DNA from: Sphaerodactylus townsendi
Lineage: Eukaryota
Direction of reading: 5' to 3'
Length of the DNA stretch: 64,000 nucleotides
Assembly (NCBI RefSeq): GCF_021028975.2
Contig: NC_059436.1
Span: 25,420,001 to 25,484,000 of the forward strand
In this document: piece after piece, positions 1 through 14,768 of the stretch
Layout: each line of letters starts with the position of its first letter
Position numbering within the stretch: the first letter of the stretch is position 1
Translations under genes and position numbers: made by a program
The notes under the pieces: model-generated
Told to the model about the DNA's origin: nothing
The model's input: only the letters and a program-made list of their open reading frames with translations
Database searches by the model: none

Positions 1-3000
1 GCTGCTCTTCCTACTCATCATCTTGCAGCGAGAGATCCACTACAACCGGGCCTTGATGCGCAGCGACGTGCAGGCGCTGGTGAGATGGGTGGACCCTTGC
101 TGTGCTGCCCCCCTCCCGCTCGGCCTGGGCTGCTGGGTCCTGGCTGGCTAATACCTGCATTGCCTCTGCTCTCCTGGAAGGGCACGCTGGCCCCTCTTCC
201 AGAAATGGCGGGGTGGGGGGCACAGCTGGCAAAGCAGCCGTTTCCCTTTGGACGCCAGCTGGCAGGAGCTTCCTTCCCAGTAGCCAGCCTGCCTGCCTGC
301 CTGCCAGTCCTCCTTCCTTCAGAGCCAGTCAGGGGTGGGAGGACAGAGTGCCCCTCCTGTTTGCCTTGGTTGAAACAAGACAGCCGCAGAAGCTGCTCTG
401 GGCCCCCACTCAGCAGGAGATACGAATGGAGTAAAGTCGCACAGGATGGGCTGTCCCCAGGAGGGGTCCCTGGGCAGCAGGCAGGGTTGGTGTGGGCAGG
501 AACTTTCAGGCAGGTGGCCTTTCTTCCCCCCCTCTCCTCCTCCTAGGAGTGTGGCATCCCAAAGCACTTTGGCCTCTTCTATGCGATGGGCACTGCCCTC
601 ATGATGGAAGGGCTCCTGAGCGCCTGCTACCACGTCTGCCCCAATTATACCAACTTCCAGTTTGGTGAGTGTTGTGTGGGAAGGGGGGCAACCTGGATGC
701 CCCAAGAGATGGGCCAAGGGAGAGGAAATCTGTGGGGCAAAGGGCAAGGGCTGCCAGGCGCCTGCCTGGGGATGTAGCCAGGGGGAATACCATAGGGTCC
801 CCTGAGCATGTGCCAAGTGCCTTTCCCTCGCAGTCAGTTGGCCAGTTGGCCTGAGTGGCTGGTCTGAAGAGCAGGCCTTTGGGGGCAGGGCCTGCAGCAC
901 CCCCCATGCCCAGAGCCCCTCCAGCACCTTCCTTTCAAGGAGGGGCCAGGGTGAGCCCTCCTGCCACTGCTTCTGCCTCTCCCCGCCCCTGCCCCCCAGA
1001 CACCTCCTTCATGTACATGATCTCTGGGCTGTGCATGCTGAAGCTGTACCAGAAGCGGCACCCGGACATCAACGCCAGCGCCTACAGCGCCTACGCCTGC
1101 CTGGCCATCATCATCTTCTTCTCGGTCCTGGGGGTGGTGAGTGCTGGCGGTGGGCGGCAGGAAGGCAGAACTGTCCAGCGGCCCAGTGGAGGTGGGGGGG
1201 GGAGTTCTCTTGAGGGTCTCAGCATCCACGAGGTGTGCTCTCCTGCAGCCTGGTCCCCAGCCCCAATCCAGAGTCTTCTGGCGCTGGAACACTCCTGAGC
1301 ACTTTCCACGTGGCCCCCTCTGAGTTCTCCTCTGAGGGAGAGGGGCTGTGGCTCAGCAGCAGAGTGCCTGTTTGGCCTGCGGAAGGCCCCCGGTTCAATC
1401 CCTGCCATCTCCTGTTAAAGGATGAGGCAGGAGGCCCCATGAAAGGCCCTGAGGAGCCCGGACCTCTGGCTCAGCATGAGGAGGCTTCCCGTGTTCCGGT
1501 GTCCCAAGCACCTGGGGAGGGGGGCATGCCTGATTCCCGAGTGCTGCCCCTGCCTCCTCCTCTGGGCCTGCATAGTTCCTGCTTCCACCTGCACCTGCTT
1601 TTCTCCCCCCAGGTCTTTGGCAAGGGCAACACAGCCTTCTGGATCGTATTCTCCATCATCCACATCGTCTCCACGCTGCTGCTGAGCACCCAGCTGTACT
1701 ACATGGGCCGCTGGAGACTGGGTGAGGGCTGCCTGCCTGCCTGCCTGTCTCTCTGGCTCTGCTGGTGATGCCTGCAGGGCCTGCAAAAGTCACTGCTGAG
1801 CTGGAGCTGACCCCTCCCTCCCCCCCTCCCATGTGCTCTCAGAGGAGGGGCCGGGGCTCTGTGCTCTAGATGGCCTTGTGGAGGGGGGAGAATGGGCCGC
1901 TGCGGGGGACAACATGAGGGAAGCACAACCTGTCGTCTGCTAGGAAGCCATCCCTTCAGTGCGCCTCCTGCCCCCTCCAGCCCAATGGCCACAGGCTTGA
2001 GGTGTGTCCTCCTCTTTGCAGACTCCGGGATCTTGCGCAGGATCCTGCTCATGGTTTACACAGACTGCATCCGGCAGTGCAGCGGGCCCCTCTATGTGGT
2101 GAGTAGCTCCACCTCCCTTCCAGACATTGTTTTGTGGTCCTTTCATTTAAAATATTGGGATAAAAGGATACGAAGAAGCCTCCAGGGGACCCCACATTTG
2201 AACCCCAAATCGCCTCCTAATATATGACCACAAGAGACCAGCTGATAGCACAGCGAAGCCATTTGCGTACTGAAACACCCACATCAAATTTTAATGCCTA
2301 AAAGACACGAGAGGGAGCGAATGGATCTGTGCAGGGGCACTGTGTTACACGTGGGCACCACCACAGGAAAGACCCTGTCTCCAGCCAGCAGCCACCTCAC
2401 CTCAGCAGGCGGAAGAACGGGCAGTCGCTTGAATGCCACGGTGCCAGGCGTGTTGGGGTTTCTTATGTCAAAAACAGCACCTTGGAATATGCTCAGAAAA
2501 ACACTGGGGTTCCTGTGGAGATCTTTTAGCTCTGGGGAAAATGAAGTGAGTCCCCGGCAGCTGCTCTCTGAGCCAGGTGCACTTGAAGGGTTGCCCTCTG
2601 GCTAGCGGTTGTGCGTTGGGAGCTGTGTGGGAGCTCAGAGGCCTCTTCCCCAGGTGGGCCGTTCTGCAGGCTCTGGGTCCCAGCCCCTCTCTTCTGTCCC
2701 CAGGATCGGATGGTCTTGCTGGTGATGGGAAATATCATCAACTGGTCACTGTGAGTAGCAGCTGGTGGGTGGAATTGGGGTTGACCGGGGGTGAGTCTGA
2801 GAAGGATGTCAGCCAATCAAGGAAGCTACTGGAGCCTGGTCTGTCCTGCCCAAGGGTGGGGGGTGGGCTGCCCTCTGCCTGAAGCTGCTTCCCGTTCCAG
2901 GGGAGGGGCCATGGCTCAGTGGTAGAGCCTCTGCTTGGCATGCCGACAGCCCCAGGCTCAAACCTTGGCACCTCCAGTTAAAAGGATCAGCTGAAACACC

Positions 3001-4284
3001 TTCCCCTGAGACCCTGGAGAGCAGCTGCAAGCGGTCTGCTATTCTCAGCTTGATGGGCCAGGGAGGGCCGAGTGGTCTCCAAGGGGCAGCTTCAGGTGTG
3101 TCCACATTGTTTCCCTGCAGTGCTGCCTACGGCCTCCTTGTCCAGCCCAACGACTTTGCGTCCTACCTTCTGGCCATCGGCATCTGCAACCTCCTGCTCT
3201 ACTTTGCCTTCTACATTATCATGAAGGTGCGGGGCTGGGGGGGGGCTGCTTTACTCTGGGCAGGCAGCGGGTCCAATGGCCACCCATTTGCCCACTTCTC
3301 CTGGTGTGGAAGAGCCTCTGCTGGATTGGGCCCCTCTCTGCGGGGGGGGCGGGAGCATGCAGTGTGGGGTTCTGCCTTCCTCCCTCCCTCCCCTCGCCTC
3401 TGATCAGCTCTATGGCTTCCGCAGCTCCGGAGTGGAGAGCACCTCCAGCTGATCCCTCTGCTCTGCATCGCCTGCACTTCCGTTGTGTGGGGCTTTGCCC
3501 TCTTCTTCTTCTTCCAGGGCTTAAGCACCTGGCAGGTGAGCAAAGCCTCTCCCCGTTGGTCAGACCCTGAGCATCCAGGGTGGGGCCAGCAGCATGTGGA
3601 GGAGGAGGAGGAGGAGTCCTGCCCTGAGGAACTGGGTTCTGCAGAGGACAAGGGAGGGGGCGGCAGGGCTGCCAAGGTCAGCACCGTCACTCGGCCCGAG
3701 TACCCTGAACCCCCAAGCATCTGGGCGCCTGCGCAGTGTGGGTGGGGAGCTGCACGAGGCACACAATTCAGCCGCACCTTCTTTTTGATCTTGGCAGAAA
3801 ACGCCGGCAGAGTCCCGAGAACACAACCGGGACTGCATCCTGCTGGGCTTCTTCGATGACCACGATGTCTGGCACTTCCTCTCGTCCATCGCCATGTTTG
3901 GTTCCTTCCTGGTAGGTGGCCCGGCGGCTCTGTGCCCTGACTGGGACTGGGGAGGAGCAGTGCCCACAATGGCATCTGCTGCCAACTGTACCAGAGGGCA
4001 CCCGGCGGACTGAAGGGCAGGAGGGGAACATTTTAAGTCACCTTCATCCCCACCCATTGGTGCAAAACCTTTTAAAAGCTGGGCGTGGCAAACCCCACGT
4101 GTCCTGGTTTTCTCAGAGAACTTCATGGTGGGGAGGCTGAGGCTGAGAAGGGGGAGGCTGGCAAGGGGTCGATTGAGACCTCCCCCCCCCCTCCAGCATG
4201 GAACCTCCTCTCTCCTTGCAGGTCTTGCTGACCCTGGATGATGACCTGGATTGCGTCCAGCGTGACAAGATCTATGTCTTCTAG
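1..4284 (+). CDS. SIDT2: SID1 transmembrane family member 2, 3' part (gene starts upstream of window)
   Basis: GT-AG exons with consistent phase: <1-79, 547-664, 1000-1136, 1613-1721, 2022-2098, 2704-2750, 3121-3226, 3425-3535, 3798-3911, 4222-4284 (TAG). Spliced product includes [58 protein letters not shown] and [15 protein letters not shown], matching SIDT2. Synteny with TAGLN/PCSK7 favours SIDT2 over SIDT1. Confidence 0.97.
1338..1430 (+). mobile_element. tRNA-derived SINE fragment (Squam3-like)
   Basis: GGGGCTGTGGCTCAG box-A-like head and GGTTCAATCCC box B; resembles the copy at 2901-3100. Confidence 0.6.
2901..3100 (+). mobile_element. tRNA-derived SINE (Squam3-like)
   Basis: TGGCTCAGTGGTAGAGC box A, degenerate box B, body CCTGAGACCCTGGAGAGC and GGCAGCTTCA tail typical of squamate SINEs. 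Confidence 0.65.
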
Positions 4285-7200
4285 ATGACTGGATTCCTGC
4301 CAACCTCTCCAGGGCATCCCACCAGAGGGCCCAAGGCCTTGCTAGGATGGCTTTCCTTTGGGGAGGACCTCCCACTGGACTTGCACAGCCAGCTTGCCCA
4401 AATGGGACTTGCCAGGGGCTCCCCCACCTTCTCAGCTGTGATTCTGTGGCGGAATCCGAACACAGGGGCTGGCGCCTGCTGGGGAAGGCTTCTGGGTTCC
4501 CAGTTCAGGGCTGAGGTTTGTGGGTCTGCCTGCCAGGCCGGGCAGCTCTGAATTTGTTTCTCCTGCATATCTGAGGTCTCTTGGGGTGGGGGAAGGGCAG
4601 AGCTGGATGTTGGCTAGTAAGAGGCCAAGGACTGCGAGGAGCCTCGTTGATTAGCAGTATCTGGGGCCGCCTGCCAGCTGGCTTGAGCAGTCTTGACCCT
4701 GCCCCCTGCTGAGAAAGGGGTTGGGGCTCCCGCCCCCCACATATCCTCCTTAGGGGGTTGGGGCAAGCTAGGGCCTGCCGTTTGGGGAGGTTGGGCTGCA
4801 GTGGTGCCAGCCAAGCTCCTGCTCCGTTGTGGTCATCCTCCTGCTATTAACACCCCCGGCCCTGGAAGATGAGCGCTGGCTGAGGCTGTGGCGAGGCCCA
4901 CACAGCTGCGGACCCCTCAGCCTGGCCCCATTTGCTGCCTCTCCTCAACGGACAAGGAGTTGGGCTGCTGCCTGCGTGAGTTCTGTTCCTTCCAGTGGAC
5001 CGTGGCTTTCCTCAGGAGGTCAGGTGCAGCTGACCTCACTTGCCAACCACGTAACCTTGGGCAGAGGAGGGCGTTCCTCTTGATCCCTGAAGCACACAGT
5101 ATGGGCCTCTTTCCAGTGCCTACATCATTGGGGGGCGGGTTCCTTTGTGGCTCTCTTTTGGCCAGAGAAACCGTCTCACGACCACCACAGTTTACGTTGT
5201 GCTGCCTGAGCTTCCTCTTTGGCTGTGCACTTCAGGTGAGCACGCCAAGCCAAGCCAAGCCAGGAAAACCTTCTCTGCTTTGGGGGCACAAACCAGTGTC
5301 GGGGTGGCTTGCTGGCCACTTTTTCCAAGGTGGAAGTCAAAGAGGGACATCAGTTGCCGGGCGGGAGAGGTGACCCCCCCCCAGCCCCCCGCTGCAGAAG
5401 GGTCTCTGGTGTTTCTGCAAATCTGTCTTGAGTGTGTGTTTTAAAGACTGGATGTTTTTTGTTCATTTTGTTGTCCTCGGCATAGTCTTGCCGTTTCCAT
5501 TTCTATTGATTCTGCTGCCAAATGCAAAAAAAGAAAGAAAGAAAGACCGACTGCGCTGCCTGCATCTTTTCCCCCATGATGGGCCGGGTCTCACAAAAGA
5601 TGTTGGAGGGAAGGCTCAGGAAGGTGGGTGCTCTCAGTTGGGAAAAAAATGACAGGGGGCCAGAGTCATGAGGTGGGAGCACCAGGAGTTCTGGAGCAAG
5701 TGGACCCTCGGGGCTCCCCACAGACAAGTGCCTCGGACACACACCCCCTTCGCCACCTACCCTTTTCTCAGGCTGGGGGACAGCAGTCGCCTGGGCACCA
5801 AACACAGAACAGCACCCTGAAACTTCTTTAATGAGTCCTTTTGTTGAGCAAGTACCTTCTCAGCTCCCCACCCACCCCGTCACACCTTCTAGGGGCAAGG
5901 ACCAAGTGGGGGCAGTTTTAAGAATGACTCTTCTGGGTGGCATGGGGCCTGGGGAGGCAGCCTCAGAGTCCGAGGTAATTTCTCTTCTTGCCCCTCCTCT
6001 TGGTGTGGTTTGCACAACACTAACAGATCAGTTCGCTGTCTCTTCTTTAGAAGAGCTCGGTGGTTTTGGGCTCAGTGGTTTTGGTGGTGGGACAAGGACC
6101 CCAAGAAGGCAGGGTTGGTTCACAGCCAGCCTGGCTAAGCCAGGGACAGTAGCATTCGGCTTCCCAACACGGTTTTTCTCTCTCGCAGAAACACCCACAG
6201 CTTTACTGAACTGCTTCTGCCAGAGGAGGAGTAAAAAAGGGATTTCCTTTGGAACCCAGGCTCTCTGCCTTGTGCCTCCTTGGGATATTTCTCTTGATGC
6301 CCTGAGCTCTTCCCCTCTGGTGGAGTCTTGCTCTGTTCCAGCTGCTTTTTTTGGCCCTTCAGTCAGAGCCCCCTCCCTTCCCCCCCCCCCACTGGGCAAT
6401 GGTGGGCCATAGAGGGGTATTAGGGGTGTAGGGTGCGGGGCTGCAACGGGGCGTTCAGCTAAACCACCTGCTCAACCAGGGACAGGGCTGGCGACACTAC
6501 CAGACTTGACTGCAGGGGGACGAGTGCTTCCCGCCAGCAACGCCCTCCACCATCCCTTTGGGGAGCTGCTCCTGGAAGCCTCCCAGGCTGCACAAGATTG
6601 TGAGTGGGGTGGACTAACCGGACAGATGCTGGGCTGGGCTGGAGTGGCGTCAGAGAGGCTGGCGTCAGGACTGCCTGCACAGGTGCCCTCGGCGCCCCGG
6701 GGCAATGAAGACCAGCTGCCCCATCTGCTCCAGCCATACCTGGTGGGGGGGCCTGTCTGGGTCTGCTGCCCTGCCCACCTGTGCAGCAGGGGACCCCATT
6801 GGCCAGGATAATTCACAGGTAAATATGGACTGGACAGGCTTGAAGCCAGGGTTCAAAAGAAGGGACAGGGCTTTTTGCTGCTGGAGACGTCTCTCAGTTT
6901 GATATAAGATTTCCAAATCTATTGTAAACCGTCTATTTTTATTAAGGAGCAAAATCCCGCTCCCCATTTTGTTCCATATTTTTAAAATGTCACTCTGAGC
7001 AATGCCTGATGAATTGAATTTTTAAGTCGCTGTCAAGGAGGGGAACTTTTCCTTTATATTTTTGTTCACTAAACCTCCCCTCTTCAACTCTATCCCTCTT
7101 TCCCAGGATAAACAGGACTGCTTTCATAAGGCCGCCTTCCTGCCTGGCTAAGGGGTGCCAGTGAAATGCCTCAGGGCTGGATCTGGTGTTTCCCTGCCTT

Positions 7201-7316
7201 TTTCGAAAGCTCCCCTTTCTGGATAGATGAGCCCCTCCCCTCAGGTCTCCTCAACCCTACAGCAATTCTGTGAAGTAAATTATATTTTTTAAAACCTCTC
7301 ACACACACCTGTTAAA

Positions 7317-7322
7317 AATAAA
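7317..7322 (+). terminator. Candidate SIDT2 polyadenylation signal (AATAAA)
   Basis: AATAAA at the end of an AT-rich UTR-like stretch, about 3 kb after the SIDT2 stop and before the TAGLN CpG island. Confidence 0.4.
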
Positions 7323-8039
7323 TTGCCTCCACTACACACAGGTACACACACCGGGCATCTGCTCTGTTCCCCTTCCTCCAGTCCCATCCTAGGAACGGAG
7401 GGAGGGGTGCTGAGCTGGGCCTGGCCCCAAGCCCCCGCTGGGGTTAGGGCGAAACTGAGGCGGGGCTGGAGCTGAGTCCGCCGTGCCTTCCTGGGAGCTG
7501 CCTGCAGCCCTCTTCGAGCCGCCCGGGGTGAGCGCGGTCCCCTCCGGCACAGCTTGGCCAGGGTCGCTCTGGGGTGCAGGGGGGGGAGGGAGAGAGAGAA
7601 AAGGGCTGGCGGGGCTGCCAGGAGAGTTTGGGGTCAAGGGGAGGTTTGAACGGGGTGGGGGGGGGGGCTAACTTTCGGGAAAGTTCCTGCAGTGGCCTGT
7701 TTGGGAATCTCTCCAGAATGCTCTGCAGACCGCCCCACCCCCGACCCTGGAACCCACTCGACCGTGGGGGGAAGGGGGCTGGCCTGCCTGGGTGTGGAAT
7801 CCCGCAGCTGAGCAGCTCAGTGAGAGAAGCCCTCTGCGCCCAAAGCTGGACTCCAACCCCATCTCTGCCATGGAGGGGGTGGGGGAGACTCCCCCAGCCC
7901 CACTTCCCCATCAGTAAAGGAGGGGGCGAGAGTGGGTGCCCCAATGCGAGCCCCTCCCCACCAGGGCAGATTCTTGGGGGCGCCCACTTGGAGGGAGGAA
8001 CTGGCCAACGGACCAAGGTCGGTGCCAAGCTCCCGCCCG

Positions 8040-8900
8040 GGGCAAACCCACACTAGCATGCCCGTTTTTCGGGGGGGGGGGTAGGGCCTGACCGGGCTTT
8101 GCCCATCCTCCCGTCCTCCGTTGCGCAACATCTGGGCTGCGCTGCCTAAAAAGGCCCTGGCGGCCCCGGGGGCGGCAGCGGCATCTGGGGAATGTCCGTC
8201 TTTGGGGAGCCTTTCTCCAAATATGGTGCGCCCGGAGCGGAGGCCGGGGGGGTGGGGGTGGGGGGGGGGCGCCCATGACATCAGCGGCTGGGCAGCCGGA
8301 GCCTTTTAGCCCCCGAGCCCGCCGGTCCGGGCTGCAGACGGAGCATCCTCGCCCACTGAGCCGGAGCTGCGCCTCGGAGTGAGTGAGCCGGCCGGCCGGC
8401 GGGCGGGCGGGCGGGCGGGCGGGCTGGTTGCCCGGGGACTGAATGGTGGCCCGGCCGGGGCAGGGTGGGGGGGGGAGCCGGGCAGGGGCTCCGGTCCGGA
8501 CTTGGGGGCGCGGAGAAGCGCGGGCTGGCGAAGTCGTGCCGTTCTGGGCGCGCTCCGGCTGCCTTCACCGTTTGGGACCACCAGCCCGGGCGCCGGGAGC
8601 GCTGGAAGGGGACGCGTGGCGCGGCACAGGGTTGGGGGTGCCCCGCTCTCAACTTCCCTGGTTGCGCCCCTCAGGCAGGGGAGCCTGGGGACATGTCGCC
8701 CTCCTCGGGGGCCGGAGCGAAGGGCTTGCGGGGCGGCTGCTCCGAGAGGGAGGGACCGGGGGGGGGGGTCTTGCCGCCTGGGTGCAGGAAAACAGCCGAG
8801 CAGCCCCGGCGGCGCTCCCCGCGTTCAGGCTACTGAGCCCCGCAGGCAGCCATGGGGCCACAAGAGGGGGGGGGGCGGCATCACTGGAGGACGGAATGGG
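8040..8900 (+). promoter_or_regulatory. TAGLN: TAGLN promoter / CpG island with two CArG boxes
   Basis: CArG CCTAAAAAGG 8145-8154 and CCAAATATGG 8217-8226, followed by TGACATCA (~8276-8283) and TATA-like CCTTTTAG (~8302-8309), the order known from the mammalian SM22alpha promoter. Probable non-coding exon 1 ends at 8378 (donor GTGAGT 8379). Confidence 0.85.
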
Positions 8901-10548
8901 GCGGGCAACTTGCCATTGGCTGCAGGGCCTGTCCTGGTCCCTGTCCTCTGGGGCACCCACCCTCGGAGACTGCCTGCCCCTCTCCTGCCTGCTTCAGTCT
9001 CATCAGCCCTCACCCACACGAAGGGGGCGGGGGGGGGGGCTGGCTCGCCAAAGCCGGGGCCAGAAGAGAGGCTTTTGTCCCCAGTACAACCCAGGTCAGC
9101 GCTGGTTTCGGAGGCGGCTTCTTTGCCCCCAGGACAGGCTCTGGCTCCCAGGCCTGGGCTAGTCCTCTGGGGCTCCTGCTTGCCCAGCCGTTGCCAGCTG
9201 CTCCAGCATTTGTGGCAAGAGTGTCTGACCGCTGCAGGGGGGGGGGAGTGGAATGGACAGCCCAACCTCCAGGTGGGGACTGAGTTGTCCCAGAAGGACA
9301 GCCGAGTGCCAGATGACAGAGATTGGGGGCTCCAGAGGGAACAGTGGCTTTGGAGGGCAGACCCCGTGGCATCACATCTCTGCCAAGCACCCCCCCCCCG
9401 AGTCTGCCCGCCCCAAGCCCTGCCCCAAACATCTCCAGGCTTTTCCCAAGGCAGAGGTGGCAAACCCAGGCAGACTGCTGGCAGCAGCACGTGGAAGGGC
9501 AGGACTCAGGGGGCCTTTGATGTTAGTACGGCTGGCGGTGCTGGACTGAGGGTCCCATGGGGGGGCAGCCCCCCTTCCCCACAGCATGCAAGTCTAGCCC
9601 TTCCAGGCACTTTGGAGGCAGGACTTCCTTGAAGAGTCACAACCGCTCCTGACTGTGCAGTGGGAATGCACCTAGATCCAGGGAGGGACCACTCTGAGCT
9701 GAGAACACCAGGCAGAGTCTGTGCAAGTTCCCCAGCACCCTCCCCAGGCAGCCACCTGACCCTGCCTGCTGGGCCCCTCCTGCAGCAGAAGCTTGCCCTG
9801 CCTGCCCCCCCCCCCACGCCCAGACCTCCATGCCTGCCCCAACTGGACGCTTCTGGCATGAGGTTCAGGTCTCTCCCCCCACCCCCACAGGTCAGAGGAC
9901 AGAAGCTGCCTGGCAGGAAATTCTGTCCTGGTGGTCAGAGTGGGGAGCAGTGATCACTGGCAGAAAGGGGAGGGGAGGGGCCCTAAAGAACCTCATATCC
10001 CCGTCACCTCTCAGGGTGATTCACAATGTATGGTCTTGTTCAGTGAAGGTGTATGTGCCTTTCTCAATTGTGCATTTATGCAGGCATCAGCTCCATCACA
10101 CCAACTTGGGGCTCAGGGGCGTCTGCACACAGGGAGTGTTTTTGGGGGTCTCCTGTCTAGACTCTGCCTAGTCCGGCTTTGCTTCAGAAAGGGGTGGCTC
10201 ACAGGCTCTGGGAAAAGTCACAGAGAGCCCGGTGGCTGAGCTCCTCTGGACAGATGGGCGGAGTTCCCAGCACCCAACTTCTGGAGGCAGCTGCGCAGGT
10301 GGCTGCGGGGAGGCCCCCCCTCTTCCCCACTGGGTGCCAAGCCGAGGAGAGGGAGCGCCCTGCAGCTGTGCTTCTCTGGAGCAGTTCCACATGGACCCAG
10401 CAGAGCGTCCCCTCCAGCCCTGGCCCACATTCACACTCCCTGCAGGGGGAAATGGAGACTGAGACAGGCAGGCTGTGCCCACCACGCAGGGCTCATTGGC
10501 CCGTACCTTCCCTCTCACCCCGCCCAGGTCTTTCCCTCACCTGTGAGC

Positions 10549-12672
<2,124 letters not shown>

Positions 12673-13087
12673 ACGGGGAGTAACCGGCAGGCAGCCCTCC
12701 TGCTCCTGTGCTAGCCGCCCCAACGCCCCCCAATGAATCCTGTCACGAGGGAAGCGCCCACTGGGTCCCCTGAACTCAGTCCACCCAGCGATACCTGGCG
12801 GCAGGCACAAGCAAGGACCCCAGCAAGGCCCCTCGGTGGGGCTAGCCTTCTCTGGCCCCAGCCCCTCGCACGCTCTTTGCTTCACTGGCTGCCCCGCCCG
12901 CTCCGCATGGCGTAGTTTCAGATCAAGTGGAGGGGCTGGCCCAGCCCCTGAGGGAGGGCAGCCAGAAACCACGGCCCCTGCAGCGGCGGTCTTGGAAATA
13001 GCTGAAACTTGCACAAGGAAAGTAATATCCTTTCGTAGTGGGGAGCGCCTCCCCCTTCTGCCCATTTTGTACTTCTTTTGTTCATCA

Positions 13088-13093
13088 ATTAAA
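13088..13093 (+). terminator. TAGLN polyadenylation signal (ATTAAA)
   Basis: ATTAAA about 415 nt after the stop, preceded by TGTA and followed by a U/GU-rich tract. Confidence 0.6.
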
Positions 13094-13452
13094 ATGATGA
13101 ATCTCTGTTGCTTCCTGGACTTTTTACTTAAAGAGCCTCCATCCTCCCTGGCAGTGGATGCTGGAACCCTGGAAAGAGGTGGAGCCTTCGCCCCCCCTCT
13201 CTAACCCCCCCCCCCGCCTTAGGCCCTTCCTGCTCCCTGCCCAGGGCAAACCCATCTTAGTCTGGATGATCCGCTGCCAGCAAAGGCCAGCACGCGGGTT
13301 CCAGAGACACAGGCCTTGGTCTCGCCGAGGGGCAGAAGAGTGGCCAGGCGGCCCCTGCCAGACAGCACCAAAGGTGGCTCCCGTTTCACATCTCTGTGTT
13401 GAAGCGCCCAAACCCGCTAACCCGCCTCTGATGCGCAGAACTCCTCCTAGCT

Positions 13453-13585
13453 CAGGGGTCTGCAACCTGCGGCTCTCCAGATGTTCATGGACTACGATTG
13501 CCATCAGCCAATTGGCCATGCTGGCAGGGGCTGATGGGATTTGTAGTCCATGGATATCTGGAGAGCCGCAGGTGGCAGACCCCTG
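13453..13585. mobile_element. hAT-type MITE (palindromic)
   Basis: TIRs CAGGGGTCTGCAACCTGCGGCTCTCCAGAT / ATCTGGAGAGCCGCAGGTGGCAGACCCCTG; perfect 8-bp TSD TCCTAGCT (13445-13452, 13586-13593). Confidence 0.88.
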
Positions 13586-13837
13586 TCCTAGCTCATCCCT
13601 GCTTTGCACTCAGCACCGTGGGGGCATCGATCTGGGGTTTCTAATTCCATCTATCGTCCCTGGAAGCTGCAGTCTGCCTGCTGCTCCAGCTGTTTCACAC
13701 CCCCGCTGCCACCCCTGAGATGCCCGGGCCTGGCCCCTGCAAGAGGAAAGGGGGCTCTCCTTGCTGGGCTACCGCTGGCCCAACAGCTGAGCCACACAGA
13801 GAAAGAGAGGATTGGCCATCGGTGTTTTTAAAATCAG

Positions 13838-13843
13838 TTTATT
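13838..13843 (-). terminator. PCSK7 polyadenylation signal (AATAAA on minus strand)
   Basis: TTTATT on the plus strand about 930 nt past the PCSK7 stop. Confidence 0.6.
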
Positions 13844-14768
13844 CTGGAAAGCTGCAAAGAGAAACGAATCTGTAAAAAACAAAACCCCGTTGAACTAAAA
13901 ACACCCTCCACCTGCAAGCTGGAGGAAGGGCTTCAAGTCAGTCAAGGGGGGGCCAGCTCTTTGGCCCACACAAAACATGACCCCCTCCCCTCCCCCCGTC
14001 TGCTCACCAGATGCAGCTCCGAGCAGGCTGAGCAGCTCATGCAGCCCCTCGGCCAAACACCGAGTCACACGGAGAGAAGGGCCCCTCGCGGACACAGACT
14101 GTCCCCTGCGCAAGGCCTCCCGCAGTCCGCACAGGAAGGCAGTGGAGGCAAGGCTGCGGTGTGCTTTGGCTGGGCCGGCCTACCACTGACCACGGGAGGA
14201 AAGGAACGGCTCCTCTTTGCCCTCCATGGGCAGCGTGGCAAGCAAGTCATGGCGAGAGGCAAGCAGGGAAGCTCAAAGAGAAAAGGCAGAAGGAAGCAGG
14301 GTTTCCCTGCAGGAAACTCTGGCGGTCTTTGGCCGAACTGGCTCAGGTCAGCCACGGTCTTGCTGCTCTGTGGCCCGCAGCAGCGTAAGGCAGAGGGAGA
14401 GTTGGCGACCACCAGTTGGGCAGGGGCTGCTTTCCCCTTGACCCGCATGTGTGTGGACCGGTGCACTGGGGTGGGCGCTCAAAGGCTGTCTGTCCTGGTC
14501 TGGGCTACAGGGAGCCCCTCTCTTCCTCCCCAAAGTGACGGAGACCCCCACCCGTGCCATCAGCATGCCGGGTGCTGCCTGACAAGTCGCCGTGCCTCAG
14601 GTGGCCGCTGGGCAAGTTGCCAGTGCAAAGGGCTCCTCTGGAGAAGCAGCCGGGCATCTGGGTTGCAGCAGGAGGGCAGGCAGGTGCCGATTTGGCAAGC
14701 GAGCCGGGGGGGCTCCGCCTGCTATCCGTCAGCCACGGGTGAGGTAGCCTGATCCTGCGCCAGGGCGT

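Noticed and set aside
5831-6412. 193-aa plus ORF and 123-aa minus ORF downstream of SIDT2
   Set aside because: No recognisable homology or exon structure; probably 3' UTR. Cannot be fully excluded without a search.
8379-9632. 417-aa ORF and overlapping long ORFs at the TAGLN CpG island
   Set aside because: GC-rich stop-codon depletion; low-complexity G/A/R/P translation; lies in intron 1.
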